Source of the DNA: Mytilus edulis
Lineage: Eukaryota
NCBI RefSeq assembly: GCF_963676685.1
Contig: NC_092344.1
Span: forward strand, 57,474,001-57,538,000
Direction: 5' to 3'
DNA length: 64,000 bases
Part shown: in pieces, positions 12,940-25,530 of the stretch
Layout of the letters: each line of letters begins with the position of its first letter
Numbering within the stretch: position 1 is the first letter of the stretch
Position numbers and translations under genes: made by a program
The notes under the pieces: generated by a model
What the model was told of the DNA's origin: nothing
Seen by the model: the letters and a program-made list of their open reading frames with translations, nothing else
The model's database searches: none

Positions 12940-13946
12940 AATTGTGGGCAGAATCAATTTGCGCCAATTGCAGTTTTGAAAAGGTATAAATTGCGCCACT
13001 CTGTTTTATTTTGATGGTATTAATCGCGCCATTAAATGAAATGAAATTGCGCCACATTTACCTGTAAATATGTTTTACTTAATATATCATACCCGTACAT
13101 GTTTTACCTATATCATACATGTACTATTATAATAATAATAATAATAATAATATCTTTATTTAAAGAGAGTAGCTCATTTGGATTAAACCAATTTTCAATA
13201 AGGCTCTCTACATACAATGTTAACAATATGAATAAAAAATAATTAATCTACTAGTACACACATGTAAACAATAGACGTATATAAAGTAATAAAATATTAT
13301 TTTAATTTCCACTTAAGATTTAATTGAACACTCATCATATTTAAGAAAACTCACCAAAAAATAAATTGTTTAGTAATAGAATATTTTTTCACGATTCAAG
13401 AGTGTCTGATATACCATTCAAGAAAATATAGTCTGATAGAGGAAAAACCGGTCATCTTTGTTGAGGAACACAAAATTCCGTCAGGCATTTGTACAGAAAT
13501 CTGGAGAAATAAGGTGGAGATGTAACAGTTAAGAAAAACTGGAGAAATAAGGTGGAGATGTACAGTTAAGTCGTGTTGTGCTAGGTTATCCACAGATGAA
13601 TCGTGTACAATTATTTTGAATGGAGAATTAGATTATTATATGTCATGAAAATAAGAACGTAAAATTTTGAGAACTGCGTGCAAAAGAATTTTAGCAACCG
13701 ATATGTTGCCAGAGCGACCTTTAAAAATAAAAAAAATCAGAGCTCTTCAAAATTGAAGAAGAAAATTGATGACTTTGTGTTGTGTGACGAGTCAGAAAGC
13801 GAGATAATTTTATTAGGATGATTATTTTATTGGCGCAAATGATACCTATAGTTTTGAAAATTAGGTGGCGCAAAAGAAGTATTGGCGCAATTAAGTTGTG
13901 GCGCAAATGAGTTACTTTTTGGCGCAAAAAGATATCGCCCCAAATT
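12940..13946. mobile_element. Degenerate MITE with subterminal TTGCGCCA repeats, containing a nested LINE 3' fragment (~13126-13650, - strand)
   Basis: Four (T/C)TGCGCCA-type motifs on the left and five TGGCGCAA on the right, with imperfect inverted ends. Internal (TAA)n tail next to TTTATT (a poly-A signal on the - strand). Confidence 0.55.
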
Positions 13947-14790
13947 GTGATAGTAATTAGATAATTAATTGTATTATCTAGCTATGTCGGTGTTTCTTTT
14001 GAATCAAACTGTAAACCAAATATATCGTGTAAATTACGTTGACTATTAACTATAAATAGTAAAATCAATATTAGTATGTATAAATACAGCATTCAAATAA
14101 GATGTTTAGTAAGTTTAGATGTATCGTTTTGACATTTACGAGCTCTTTAAGTAATTTTCCTTATAAATAACTAGTTTGTGATATTCTTTTGTAAAAAATT
14201 TTTTACTGTTAGGTTGTACCCATTGTTGAAGGTCTGTAGTTAACATCCATGTATCTTAGTCTTTGAATATGTTACTAACATTGTTAGATAGTTGTCTCAT
14301 TGGCATGCATACAGTGCGTCGCCCTTTTTATTGTACACATAGGAGAACATGCTATATCTGTAAAACAAGACGAATATATTATCAAAAATGAACTTAAAAA
14401 ACTATATGATTATCAAAAACATATTTTCCTATGAACAGATGGCTGTACAAATATAACAACAATCAAATACCAACAATCTGCAGGATATAGTTCTAAAAAC
14501 TGATGGCAATTTTTAGAATGTTCACATCCTTATTACCCAATGAGGAAATTAATATATGGTACACACATGAAATATTTAGTAAATTTTAATAAAAAATGAT
14601 TCATGTTTGAAATGGAAACCATTTTTTACAAGTTCCAATTTTGAACTCTCCATTTTTTTCTCATGATAAAGGTGTCCCGTTTCTATGAATCAACATTCCT
14701 TCGGATCCTGCCTGTGAAGTGTATATGTACCAGCTCATATGATTTATTAGAATTTGTGTTTTCTATGCTGATTTCCTTCATAGGAGGTAA

Positions 14791-14962
14791 ATAAACTCAT
14801 CATAGATACCAGGACTAAATTTTGTATATACGCCAGACGCGCGTTTCGCCTACAAAAGACTCATCAGTGACACTCGAATCCAAAAAAAAATTAAAAAGGC
14901 TAAATAAAGTACGAAGTTGAAGAGCATTGAGGACCAAAATTCCTAAAAGTTTTGCCAAATAC
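14791..14962 (+). repeat. Dispersed repeat family 2
   Basis: Near-identical to 48863-49045 (ATAAACTCATCATAGATACCAG...CGCCAGACGCGCGTTTCG...CCTAAAAGTTTTGCCAAAT). Confidence 0.9.
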
Positions 14963-16904
14963 ACATTATTGCTTTTGAAAGCTATTGAGTCAATGGTTCA
15001 TACTTCAAGTGTTTTGTAGAATGTTGTTGGTCAAAATTTCGACTTAAAAAAAATAATTTTATATATATTTTTCTTTGTCCTTAACATGCTTTACGTAAAA
15101 GTTATGGTGCGAAAAACAAGAAGATGCTTATTTGGGCCCCTTTTTGGCCCCTAATTCCTAAACTGTTGGGAACTCAACTCCCAAAATCAATCCCAACCTT
15201 CCTTTTGTGTTCACAAACCTTGTGTAAAAGACCTATCCATCACAACAAATATTTAATAAAAAAAAGCTACAACAATGAAAACCACAACAACATTATATAA
15301 GAATATGAAAACAATAAAATGAATTACTTATTATGTTATTAACAGAAAGATATTATATATAGATAGGTATGTAACAATAAAATACATGTAAAACGAATAA
15401 TTTTAAAATCATATTCATCAATTTAAATGGAATTTAAAAATTATACCGTAAGACAACATGAGACGCCAACCTTTATTTTTTGTAGGTTTTTTCTCGGAAA
15501 CCATTTAAAGTGGTTTTAAATGTATATTATCCATTAAGATTAAAAGAGACGTAGAATTTACTCATTCTATCCTGGGTGTGTATTTTAACATGCACAGCCA
15601 AACGGACGCCTTCTTTAACTCGAGTTTAACTTTCGGATTTAAGATATCCAGCTATATGGTGTATCCATAGATAGACAAAGAAATGTTGCATCTGATGTTT
15701 GCTATCAATGATGTTTGCTATTCTTTAAGGTATGATGTTTGTAGTCAATTAAAAATTTATTTACCTATGATTATTATAAGAAACGATAACATGAAACTTT
15801 GAAAAAAGTATGTACATAAAATCACTGAAGTCGCTTTTGAACAGAAGCTGCACGGACTAAAAGCGTGTATAGTAATGATTATCATGTATGAGGGTTAAAC
15901 TTTACTTAACTAAATTATGAAATTTGAAATTTTTTTTTTACTAAATATTGAAATAATTTAAATATGAAAATTTTTTACTAAATATTGAAATAATTTAAAT
16001 ATGAAAAAATCCACTTTATTAAATTGGTGCGTGCAGGAGAATAAATATAGCTACAACCAGACTAGTAATGAACTTCTGATACAACGTATGGAATTATTAA
16101 ATAAACTACAACATAATATTGATATAAATACATATACTGACTGATGCATGCTTTAAATTCAGTTTACCCGATTGTTTCTTTGTAAAGTTTCTCTAGTTCA
16201 TGCACCTGTATGTAGCCAATAATAGTAGTTGGAGAAATGGACAACCTTGCTTGATCTTCGGTCATAATTTTTAAAAACTGTTTGAATTACAAAAAACTAT
16301 TACCTTTTATATGGAAACAAAAATATTGGGATTAAATTGTATTAGATATCATCCAAACACTCAAACATATAACGAGAGTTTTCTTTTATATTGAATGAAA
16401 AAGTACATCAAATGATTATTTTTTTTAAATAAGAATAATTGTGTTTGGTATCTTCCCCTCTTTTTTATGGACGACAACGACACAAATAATATCAAGCGGT
16501 TTCTGATAAACTGAAATGTAAGCAAAATTATCTATTACCATTTTCGCTTTGAGTTAAACTGTATATTTAAAAAAAAAACTTAATATATAGAAGATCTACA
16601 TTACTATATCAGAAAGATTAATTACAACTAGACGTGTAGGTGTATGTATATAAAGTTACATGTTTATTTGTAACACAGGTATACGAATGTATGATTAGTC
16701 AACCGTGAAGCTTGATGGATCAGGGGACATGAAAATGACAGTTAGTAATTTCATTTTAAGAGATATGTCATAATCAGATTATTTAGTATCAAATTTGTAA
16801 TGATGAAACACATGATTAAGTAAAAATTAATGTCGTACGTAAGGAGAATTTGAACAAGTGTTTTTTTCTTCTATCCGTACAGTAATTTAGAATTAAGTGT
16901 TTAG

Positions 16905-18298
16905 TGTTGTGAAAAATATGGACATTGCAATAGACTTTATTGAGCCTCGTGGAATTGACGAAACAACCACAGTGAGAAATGATCTTCAAACGGAAAAGTT
17001 TAAAAGTTATGCAGATGAATTAAAGATAAGGAAGGAAGAAAAGTTAAAACGTAAGGAACAAAAGAAGAAAGACAGAAAAGAAAAGAAATTAGAAAAAGCT
17101 GAAAGAAAAAAAGAAGAGAAACAATTACGAAAAAATGGCAAACTCGATAACACAGAAATTGATGTCAGTTTTACCACTATTAAGCAGTCACCGGATGAAA
17201 ACATTTCCTTTTTGGGAACACAGAATTCAGGAAATGACACTATCTCGGAAATATCAAGTGCAAATCTTCCTCCGAAAGAATTTTCGGAGAATGTGAAAAA
17301 TGTGAAGATAAATAAAAAAGATGGAATACACATTATTTCACAGGAATATGTGAAGAATTTAATTAAAAATGCACTAGAAGCTAGAGAAAATAGCCCGGAA
17401 GCAAAATTATCGAAACCTATTCCATTGTCTATTGTGACTTCAACTAAACCGAACATGCTACTGTCGACTTTAAAGTCCACAACAACTACTGATTCAATAG
17501 CAGGAAGGGATGAATTAATGACAAACGTTCTGAGTGAACCTCGAGTGAGTCCAACAACTTTTGAGTTTGCCACACGAGAAAGTAATAAGCCAACAACAGA
17601 AAGTACAAACACAAAAGAAAGAACAACAAAAGCGTTTTCAACATTGTTACCAGGGGTTGATAAGCAAACAGCAAAGCCAAAAGCTATTTCGACAACAGAA
17701 AGAACGCAACACATCAGTGAATTTCCACAACCAGGAAATGAAAACATTAAGGAAAAAGCTTCTGTAACGAAAACACGAGAAGTCACCACTGTAAAATCAT
17801 CAGTAGATGCTGCAATTATAATTCCAGAACTCACAACGATCAAATCAACGGAAGTAGAAAAACAACCGGAAATAACAACAACAAATGTAACCAAAAAATG
17901 GACAACTATCGAAACAACAACAGAAATGAAAACACTACCTAAAATAAAAACAACAAATGTAACAAAACAAACGACAAATGTTGAAACGATGACTAGTTTA
18001 CCTTCTACTGTCTCACAACAATTAGGAAGTACTATTAATAACACTTCTTCGACATTCACTGCAAAAAATGTAGACACGAAAGTCCCGGATGAGGAAAAAG
18101 ATATAAAGGAATCTAGTAATACAACATTGAACAATATGCCAAAAGAAGCACATTCTGGTTCTGGTTCAGTGTTTGTCCAAGAAAATAAAAACTCAAATTC
18201 AACTAAAGCGGATGATATTGATATTATTATATTCCCATCTAAGAGAGCAGATAAAAGGAGAAGAAAGCAAGAGAGAAGAAGATTCTGTTCTAATATTG
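16905..18298 (+). CDS. Gene B mucin exon B1 (Lys/Glu-rich segment, Thr/Ser-rich stalk, first Cys of the Cys domain)
   Basis: Lies in the 469-aa ORF. Ends IFPSKRADKRRRKQERRRFCSNI-G|GTAAGT, phase 1. The start is a candidate acceptor (TTTAG, 16904). Confidence 0.8.
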
Positions 18299-21200
18299 GT
18301 AAGTGAGTTTTTCAGCATAATTGTTTATTGTATATATGCATATGGTGTACAAATGTTTATATACATACTAGATACTGTTATCTATTCATTTTATGTTAGA
18401 AGGGCGATAGATGGACAGGTCATTAAAAAGATTTGCATATGTATTGTCTATAATGAACAACTAGTAATATTCATCTTCTGTTGTGTAAAAACTCGTTATG
18501 AAACATCAACTAGGGTAAAGTATTCGAAGGAAACGGATTTTTATTTATCTTTGGGCAAGGCAATTCAAAATTTAGTTTAAACTAAACTATAACAATGGTC
18601 AAAAACAAAAATAAAAAAAATCCGAAAATAGATATGATTAATCGTAGGTATTTTCCTTCTCATTAATATACTGGTGCTTTTTGTATTTGTTTATTGTTTT
18701 TGGGGATTATTTTGTCTTCAACGAATGACGTTCTGAGAGAGATCATACCTATTGGAAGCAGTAAGCGGTTAGGTATTCGCGTTTGACTGTGATTAGCTGT
18801 GGTGTTTAGGTAGATTTGTACGTCATATATAGTGTGTTAGGTGGTTACGAAGCCTGTGACAAGTGAACCGTAATTTGATGGATTTCGGGACATGAAAAAT
18901 GTCATTTAGTTATTTCCTTCCACAAGATACGTCATAAGCTAATAATCTGAATTTACAGGGGCTTCTATGTTACAACATCCTATCCTCGAAATATTCAGCG
19001 CTAAATGGATATTATCTTCTTTTAATAGCTTTTTGCTTATAAGCTAAATTCAAGCAAAAGCATCTTTCAATAATTATAATATGTACATATCGTAAAACCG
19101 TTGCAAAATGGTCATCTTTGCGAGGTATGACACATGCAGTAATAACTTTGACGTTGACACTTGTACGCTTAATGATGACCAATCGGTTGCGTGATTGGTT
19201 CGACGGTAATTAAGCAGTTATTGTAGTGTATTGTGTACAATAAACAGAATAACTTTTATGGAGTTTCGGAATACATAACATATAATTGGAATATACTTAT
19301 TTAGACTCCGTGAACCTTTAAGAGATACATCCTTCTACACGCTTTTTTATACCGAACATAGAAAATGAATTTAAAATCTGCTGATGTGCTTCAACCGAAA
19401 GCTATGTTTAATAATAAGCCAATAATATCACCGGACGAAATAAGAAAGATGCTGGATAGAATGAACGATAAAGTTAAACAAATTCATAAACTTGGACAAC
19501 AGGTGCTAAATGGATCCTCAACTAGTAAACCGACAACACAGCCAGCGAAGGAAACAACAATAAAACTAATACAAAGCTCAACAGGATCTAATATTTTGAA
19601 TGGGACAATAACAAACAATACAACAAATGGTATTGATGATCAAAATATAGACGTCAATACAAAAGCATCAAATGAAACATTGACAACAACATTGGCTGTG
19701 TCTACAAAAGCAAAGCAGACTGAGTCATCAAAATTGTCCCCTAACGACACTACAGAACCAACTGTAACAACAAATACAACAGTAACAACAATAATTCCAA
19801 AAGGATCCAGTTTCGAATCCAATGCTGTGAAAACTAATGAATCTTTGAACACCGGTGATAGTGATTCGGACACAACAACACCGGAAACCATTCTTTCAGA
19901 CGATGAAATAAAAAAGGCACAAAACGCTGCAACAAACGATAATGATTTTTCGATTTTTCGAACGTCTGAGGCGGAAAGAAAGCAACGAAAGAAGGAAATA
20001 AAATTGTTTTGTGCTAGAATTGGTGAGTTTGGTTTTATGAGTGTAACCAAACTATTTTCATCCTGTATAGTTATTTTTTTAAAATTCAAACTTTAATTTT
20101 AAGGTCGTTTTAAGTTAACGCGTCATAGTAATTAGTTATTCGCCTTAAAAGTTTACATATTCATTAATTACAAAACTAGCTACACACTACTTGTATATGT
20201 TGACAAGCTCACGAAGTGTGATTTATGTAATAGGACCAACAAAATCTCAACGTTCGTGTCTGAATTATAGCTTCTGGACAATTGTACTGTCTTCGGGGTC
20301 TTTTCCTTGTGTTATGATTTCGTTACTAAATTTCGCCCATATAATATTATGGATAGGTTACGTACGGTGCGCAAGAGAAATATGAAACCAAATGATGATA
20401 TTTGCGGGGACGAACCAAGGCGTATGTTTTTTGTTTTTATAATTTAATGTTTTGAAACAAATCTGTGGATTTATTTTTATCTATTTAAAATTTAATTACA
20501 GCAGTCGCTCATTTTTTCTTGTCGCTCCCACGCAGCGATCTAGCATAAAAAAATAAGCGATTACAGAGAGTTATTATTAGTAAGATACGATTTATTGATT
20601 TATTTTCAACTTTTTGGGTAGACCAGTAAATCTTTGCAGTCTATTGTTTGTCTTTTGTATATAAGCTCACAATTAAAGGGTTTGCTAATTCAAATTTTAG
20701 CTCTATTTGTATTTTTCACGTTTTCACGATTTATTGCAATTTAGTGATTATGTCGTGAAAACGTTAAAAATGTCACATTGGTTGAATCGGAAACGGTTTT
20801 TAAACCAAAACAAAGAGAACGTTTTGTAGAAAATATTAAAGAAAATATGTGTTTCATATTTTTTATCAATTTAATCTAGTCTTATTAAGATTATTTTTTA
20901 AATAATCCAATTGGTCTTATTTCAATGAAAAACACTGTACATGTAATGTAATAAAACTAAACAATAGAGTATAGGCAACAATAATTATTTTATATATTTT
21001 AGAACTATGACTAGAAAATAAGGCCTTTGGCTATGTTATTATACACTTATTAACATGCATTTGATTAATTCAGTTTAACAATGATATATATGCGACATAA
21101 ATGATATTTAATATATATAATGATAAGTCCAAAAATTATGTAGACTTTGCGTTTATCTTCGAAAGATAATGTAGTTTCGGGGTTCTGTAAGATAAATAAA

Positions 21201-24200
21201 CTTTTAAAAAAAATACATTTGGTGCAAATATATATTAAAATTAAAATGAATTAAATGTATTTCATAAAAACTTATTTAAGCATCGTTTTTTAAAGAACTT
21301 TGAGTCCGGTATATTTTTTTTTTAAATTTTATTATGTTTATAAAAAATGGCATTTCCTAAAATCCTACCAAAAAAAAGTTGTTTCATAGATATGTATGTT
21401 ACTATGTTGTTGTTATCTATTGAAGAAAATGTTGCCATGGAAACACATTTTGGAACATATCTTTTCTGTATTTGCAGATTTCGGGACTGCCAAGAAAGGA
21501 TTTCAATGTTGCAAGAAAACTTTGAATTGTTTTGATGACCTACCAGATGATCTAGATGAGACAGTTTTCCACAATGGCCAACGTCATTATAATGAAGCAG
21601 AAAGACTCCATGTTTGTCAGTAAGTGTATATAAAGCTCTTCCATAAATGTCACTTTCGATTTGGACTAATATTTAGTTTTTAGAAATATTTAGTTTGCCG
21701 ATCTGACGGTCGCAAATACAGTATTACCTAACTTGCGAAGCGTAACAGATATTTGCGAATGTGTCAAATCAAAATTTACAGCGGCAACTCTATCAGAGCT
21801 CAAGGAGCTGTTATTCCAAAACTAATGCATTTCAAAAAGAAATGATACAATTGATTTTCCTGTTTGTAATTTTCTCTCATCAGTTACATGTTTATATACT
21901 GCTTTAAATCTACAATGTTGACAAGTGAATTTTGTTTCAGAGAATTGTGCTGTTTCCATCAACGCCTTTTTTGTTCTAAAATTGTCAGATATAAATAAAA
22001 TACAAAAATAAGCAGGTGTAGTATGATTACCTTTGAGACAACTCTCCATAAACTTAACTAGTGCAGTTAATTTAAATGGTAAAAAAGTGAACCATTTATT
22101 GTATGCTGATGATTTATTGTTGATATCAGAATCTGCAGATCTAAAAGAAGACATTTGTATGTATTTCCCATTTGGTCCAATGTTAAACTAAGTCCCCCAC
22201 TGGCGCCCATCTTGGATGATGGATCGGCTACAAAGTAACAACACATGGTTATCACCTCATAGGGAACATTCATACTCCATCATTGACTAGATCTAAATGA
22301 CATAGAAGTTTACAACTTCATAGTGTGGTATCCAAAATTTTGCTCTCCAGCTTATTAATACTTGTTGGAGGTTATTTCAGAAATAATTGACATCAAAATC
22401 ATATGTTTTATTTATATTTCAGCCATATTGACGAAGCTTTAATTTGTCAGGGTGATGTGTTCAGTAGAACAGTCTGTCAAGATGTCAACCCAATTATGGA
22501 AGGCAAGATCAAGCCACAGTTGGACAAAGTCAAGTTATTTTATTACAATCATTGTAACAGAGGTATGTAAATTTGATATCATTAAGGGATCGACCATTTT
22601 ACTTCAAGAAGAAATGGGGGTGTTATAGTTTTTTCCTACAACAATATTTCCCCCGTACCTTATAATGTTAAATTTTGAAATGATAGCGTAGAAAAAAAAA
22701 GTTTTCTGACTCAGACAAAAAAACATAGTTCCCACCTTTTACAGTTAAATAATTTTCCCCTTAACAAATGGAAAAATACTTTGAATGCATTTAGATAGGT
22801 AACAGTTGTAGAAAATGATGAATATTGAACATATTTTAAGATAGAACACATTCGTGAGATTAAATTCAGGAATTAAATGTAAAATGGACAAGCTATAGGA
22901 AAACAGTGTTTAAGGTTATATAACACAGTTTCAGAAGTAAATTTTTGTCTTGATAAAATGATGTCTCCCATCACGAGAAAAAACAAATAAAATCCTGTGT
23001 CAAACACTTGTCATTGTTATTAGTTGCAAGATACCATTTTAATTAGCCGATTTAAAAAAAAAATTAACTGTGTATTCCTTTGTAGGGACCGCGATAACAC
23101 CAACAGGAGGAAACCCTTCACAAAAACCACACCCACACCCACATGTCCCACCCACTGTGCCTGGAGGAACAGGAACAGGATCAGAACAGTATCACAGTCA
23201 CACAAACTCTTACGCTCCGTACATTGGAGGTGCCATCATGGGTGTGTTTGCTCTTGTTATCATCGTTCTATTTGCTATCTATTGCAGAAAGCGGGTAAAC
23301 AAAAGGTACGATTTTTTTTTCTTGATTTGCTCCCGCTTATTTTCATTTAATTCAAATGAAAATATGCCGATGTTAATTGTATTTGTAGAAATAATCCCAA
23401 AGGTTCGTCAAAGGCTACCAAAAAAAAAAGATTTACAATACATATAATTGGAAGAAACAGCATCGTCGACATAAAATGAAATAATATTTAACAAACGGGT
23501 GACCCCTTACCTCAGTGCAAGAGACTGCTGAATGTATAGATAGCAGCGAAAAGGTTTAAACTGCTTGTTTGTAATGGAATTTAAGTTATAAAGTTTATGA
23601 CATTTTAAATAATTTAAAAGGCTTTAAAAGACTTAATTTATAATGTATTTGGAGAAAAAAAATGAAACGAGTTTCATCATGGAAAACTTTACACGTACTA
23701 CATAATCTGTGGTAACCTGTTTTTTTATGCACCAGTTTCAATAGCTACGTACATGTAGAAGATGAGAGCACAAAATTTTCATACTAGTTTTATGTATTCA
23801 ATTTCAATGAACATTTTTTAATGTTTCTCTAAATGTTTACAGGAAAAGAAACAAAGAACAGAGAAATGATCCCGGACGTGAATCTACCCAGTCTTCCAGG
23901 TATAAAACTGTCAGTTATAACAGACGGAAGTCAGATGTGTATGCTGAAATTGATGAGAAAAGTGTAAGTATAGTCAAGGTGAAAAGAATACAATAACATA
24001 AAGGTGTCAGACCACCAATTAAAAATCCCTATCTGTTCAACCAAATTTTGCAATTTTCACAGCTTTCTAAATATTTTACCTTAAGTTTACTTCAAGGAAA
24101 CCAGGTATATCATGAATTGCACATGTATCACCTTTCTACATGCCAATTTTCAACCAATGTTTAAAGTCTTATAAGAAATTTTTGATCTTGAAAACACAGG

Positions 24201-25530
24201 TTCTACCAAAATAACTCCTGGTTTTCTGGAAATCTTAAATAAGTGTACAATGTAGCGAATTAATCATGAATTTTTAATGCAAACTCTCAAAATGGTCTAA
24301 ATGTATCTCCCTTTCATCAAAAGTTTCATTTCTGCACCAAAAATGAACGAAAAACAAACGACAACCACTCAATTACAGGCTCCTGACTTAGGTCAAGCAT
24401 ATACAAACATTATGTGACGGGGTTAAACATGTTAGCAGGATCCCAATCCTTCCTCTAACCTGGGACAGTGGTGTTACAGTACAGAATAAAAACGAACTAT
24501 AACATTCTGTTGAAGAATGTCAGATGGATACAAATAGAAATACATCTTACAAAAACACAGAATGTACATAGCTGGGTATTGGTATATATTCCAACAACAA
24601 AAAGACACTAAGTACTCACAGCTAGTTCAAAGCCACTAACAACTAATAAAAAAAAAAAATACAAGTTTTAAATTAGTTTATTTCCGCAATTTTCCAAGTT
24701 TATTGTTATTATATAAGATCGATGTTAAGCAGTTGCGTTAATTTTCTTCTAAAAAATCTAAATAATCACCAGTATAAATAGACGAGTTTTCCGTAATGTT
24801 TCCAACGATTTTGACATGAAAGCACTTGGAATTTACCAATTATGGTAGAGCTGACGACTATTTTGCACGGACACATATATTTTTCAAACCAGCCTGACTA
24901 TTTGGAATTTGGAGTATATATGGCTCAAAGGACTTGTGATATGTTGCTTTCTGTATTAAATATATATACGTGAATCAGAAGTTTATGTGTACTACACATT
25001 TATTCTTGGTCACGCAAAATCCCGTGATTTTTATTGCAAAACTTAATTTTTAAATTTCATATCTTTGATTATACAATGATTGTTTACAATCCTATTGAAT
25101 CTTTCAGATGATATCGTCTGTGAGTTATAATATTGATGGACATTCGTGTTCCACGGACGTCACCAATCTCTCAAATCATTCGAATACAAGCAGTTTTTCT
25201 AGGAAATATCAAAGCGCTCCTAGCATTCGACAATTAGAGCTTGATAACCATGGTTACCTTTCACCAGAGTCAATCCTACCAGCCGATGAACTGAAACCGA
25301 ATATAGAAGACGAAAACACGTCCACGCATGGGTATATCGAACTGAACTCTGAACTGGGAGATAGTGGACAGTCATATGCTAAACTTGAACCGGAACCGGA
25401 AGACGAGTACATTCAAGCAGACGAAATAGAAAGTACTCCAAACAAGAAAAAGAAACCAGACGAGCAAGGTCACATGTACTTTGTTCTTGAAAAGGAAAAT
25501 GAAGAATATGACAAAGTCATGGATCAGTGA
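16905..25530 (+). CDS. Gene B: mucin-stalk / 8-Cys-domain single-pass receptor with ITAM- and ITIM-like tail
   Basis: A mucin exon (B1 ~16905-18298 or B2 ~19362-20022) is followed by 21478-21619, 22423-22562, 23086-23305 (TM YIGGAIMGVFALVIIVLFAIYC then RKR), 23843-23963 and 25108-25530. Splice sites are canonical and phases 1/2/1/2/0 join in frame. The two Cys exons (142 and 140 nt) equal those of gene C. The 5' end is unresolved. Confidence 0.85.
19362..20022 (+). CDS. Gene B mucin exon B2 (alternative Thr/Ser/Asn-rich stalk)
   Basis: Lies in the 243-aa ORF. Ends IFRTSEAERKQRKKEIKLFCARI-G|GTGAGT, phase 1, homologous to the end of B1. Confidence 0.8.
22060..22145 (+). pseudogene. Tiny LINE reverse-transcriptase fragment in a gene B intron
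   Basis: Translates to VNHLLYADDLLLISESAD. Confidence 0.7.

Noticed and set aside
15683-15729. Possible first exon of gene B (MLHLMFAINDVCYSL, phase-2 donor compatible with acceptor 16904)
   Set aside because: The phase fits B1 only, and the peptide is a poor signal sequence. Not enough support to call.
17007-18134. 375-aa - strand ORF (also 19640-20089 and 32854-33487)
   Set aside because: These are antisense shadows of the Thr/Lys-rich mucin exons. The Val/Phe/Ser bias simply mirrors the sense codons.
18235-18298. Furin cleavage site at the polybasic mucin/Cys-domain junction
   Set aside because: B1 and C lack a true R-x-[KR]-R at this position. A conserved basic helix is the simpler reading.
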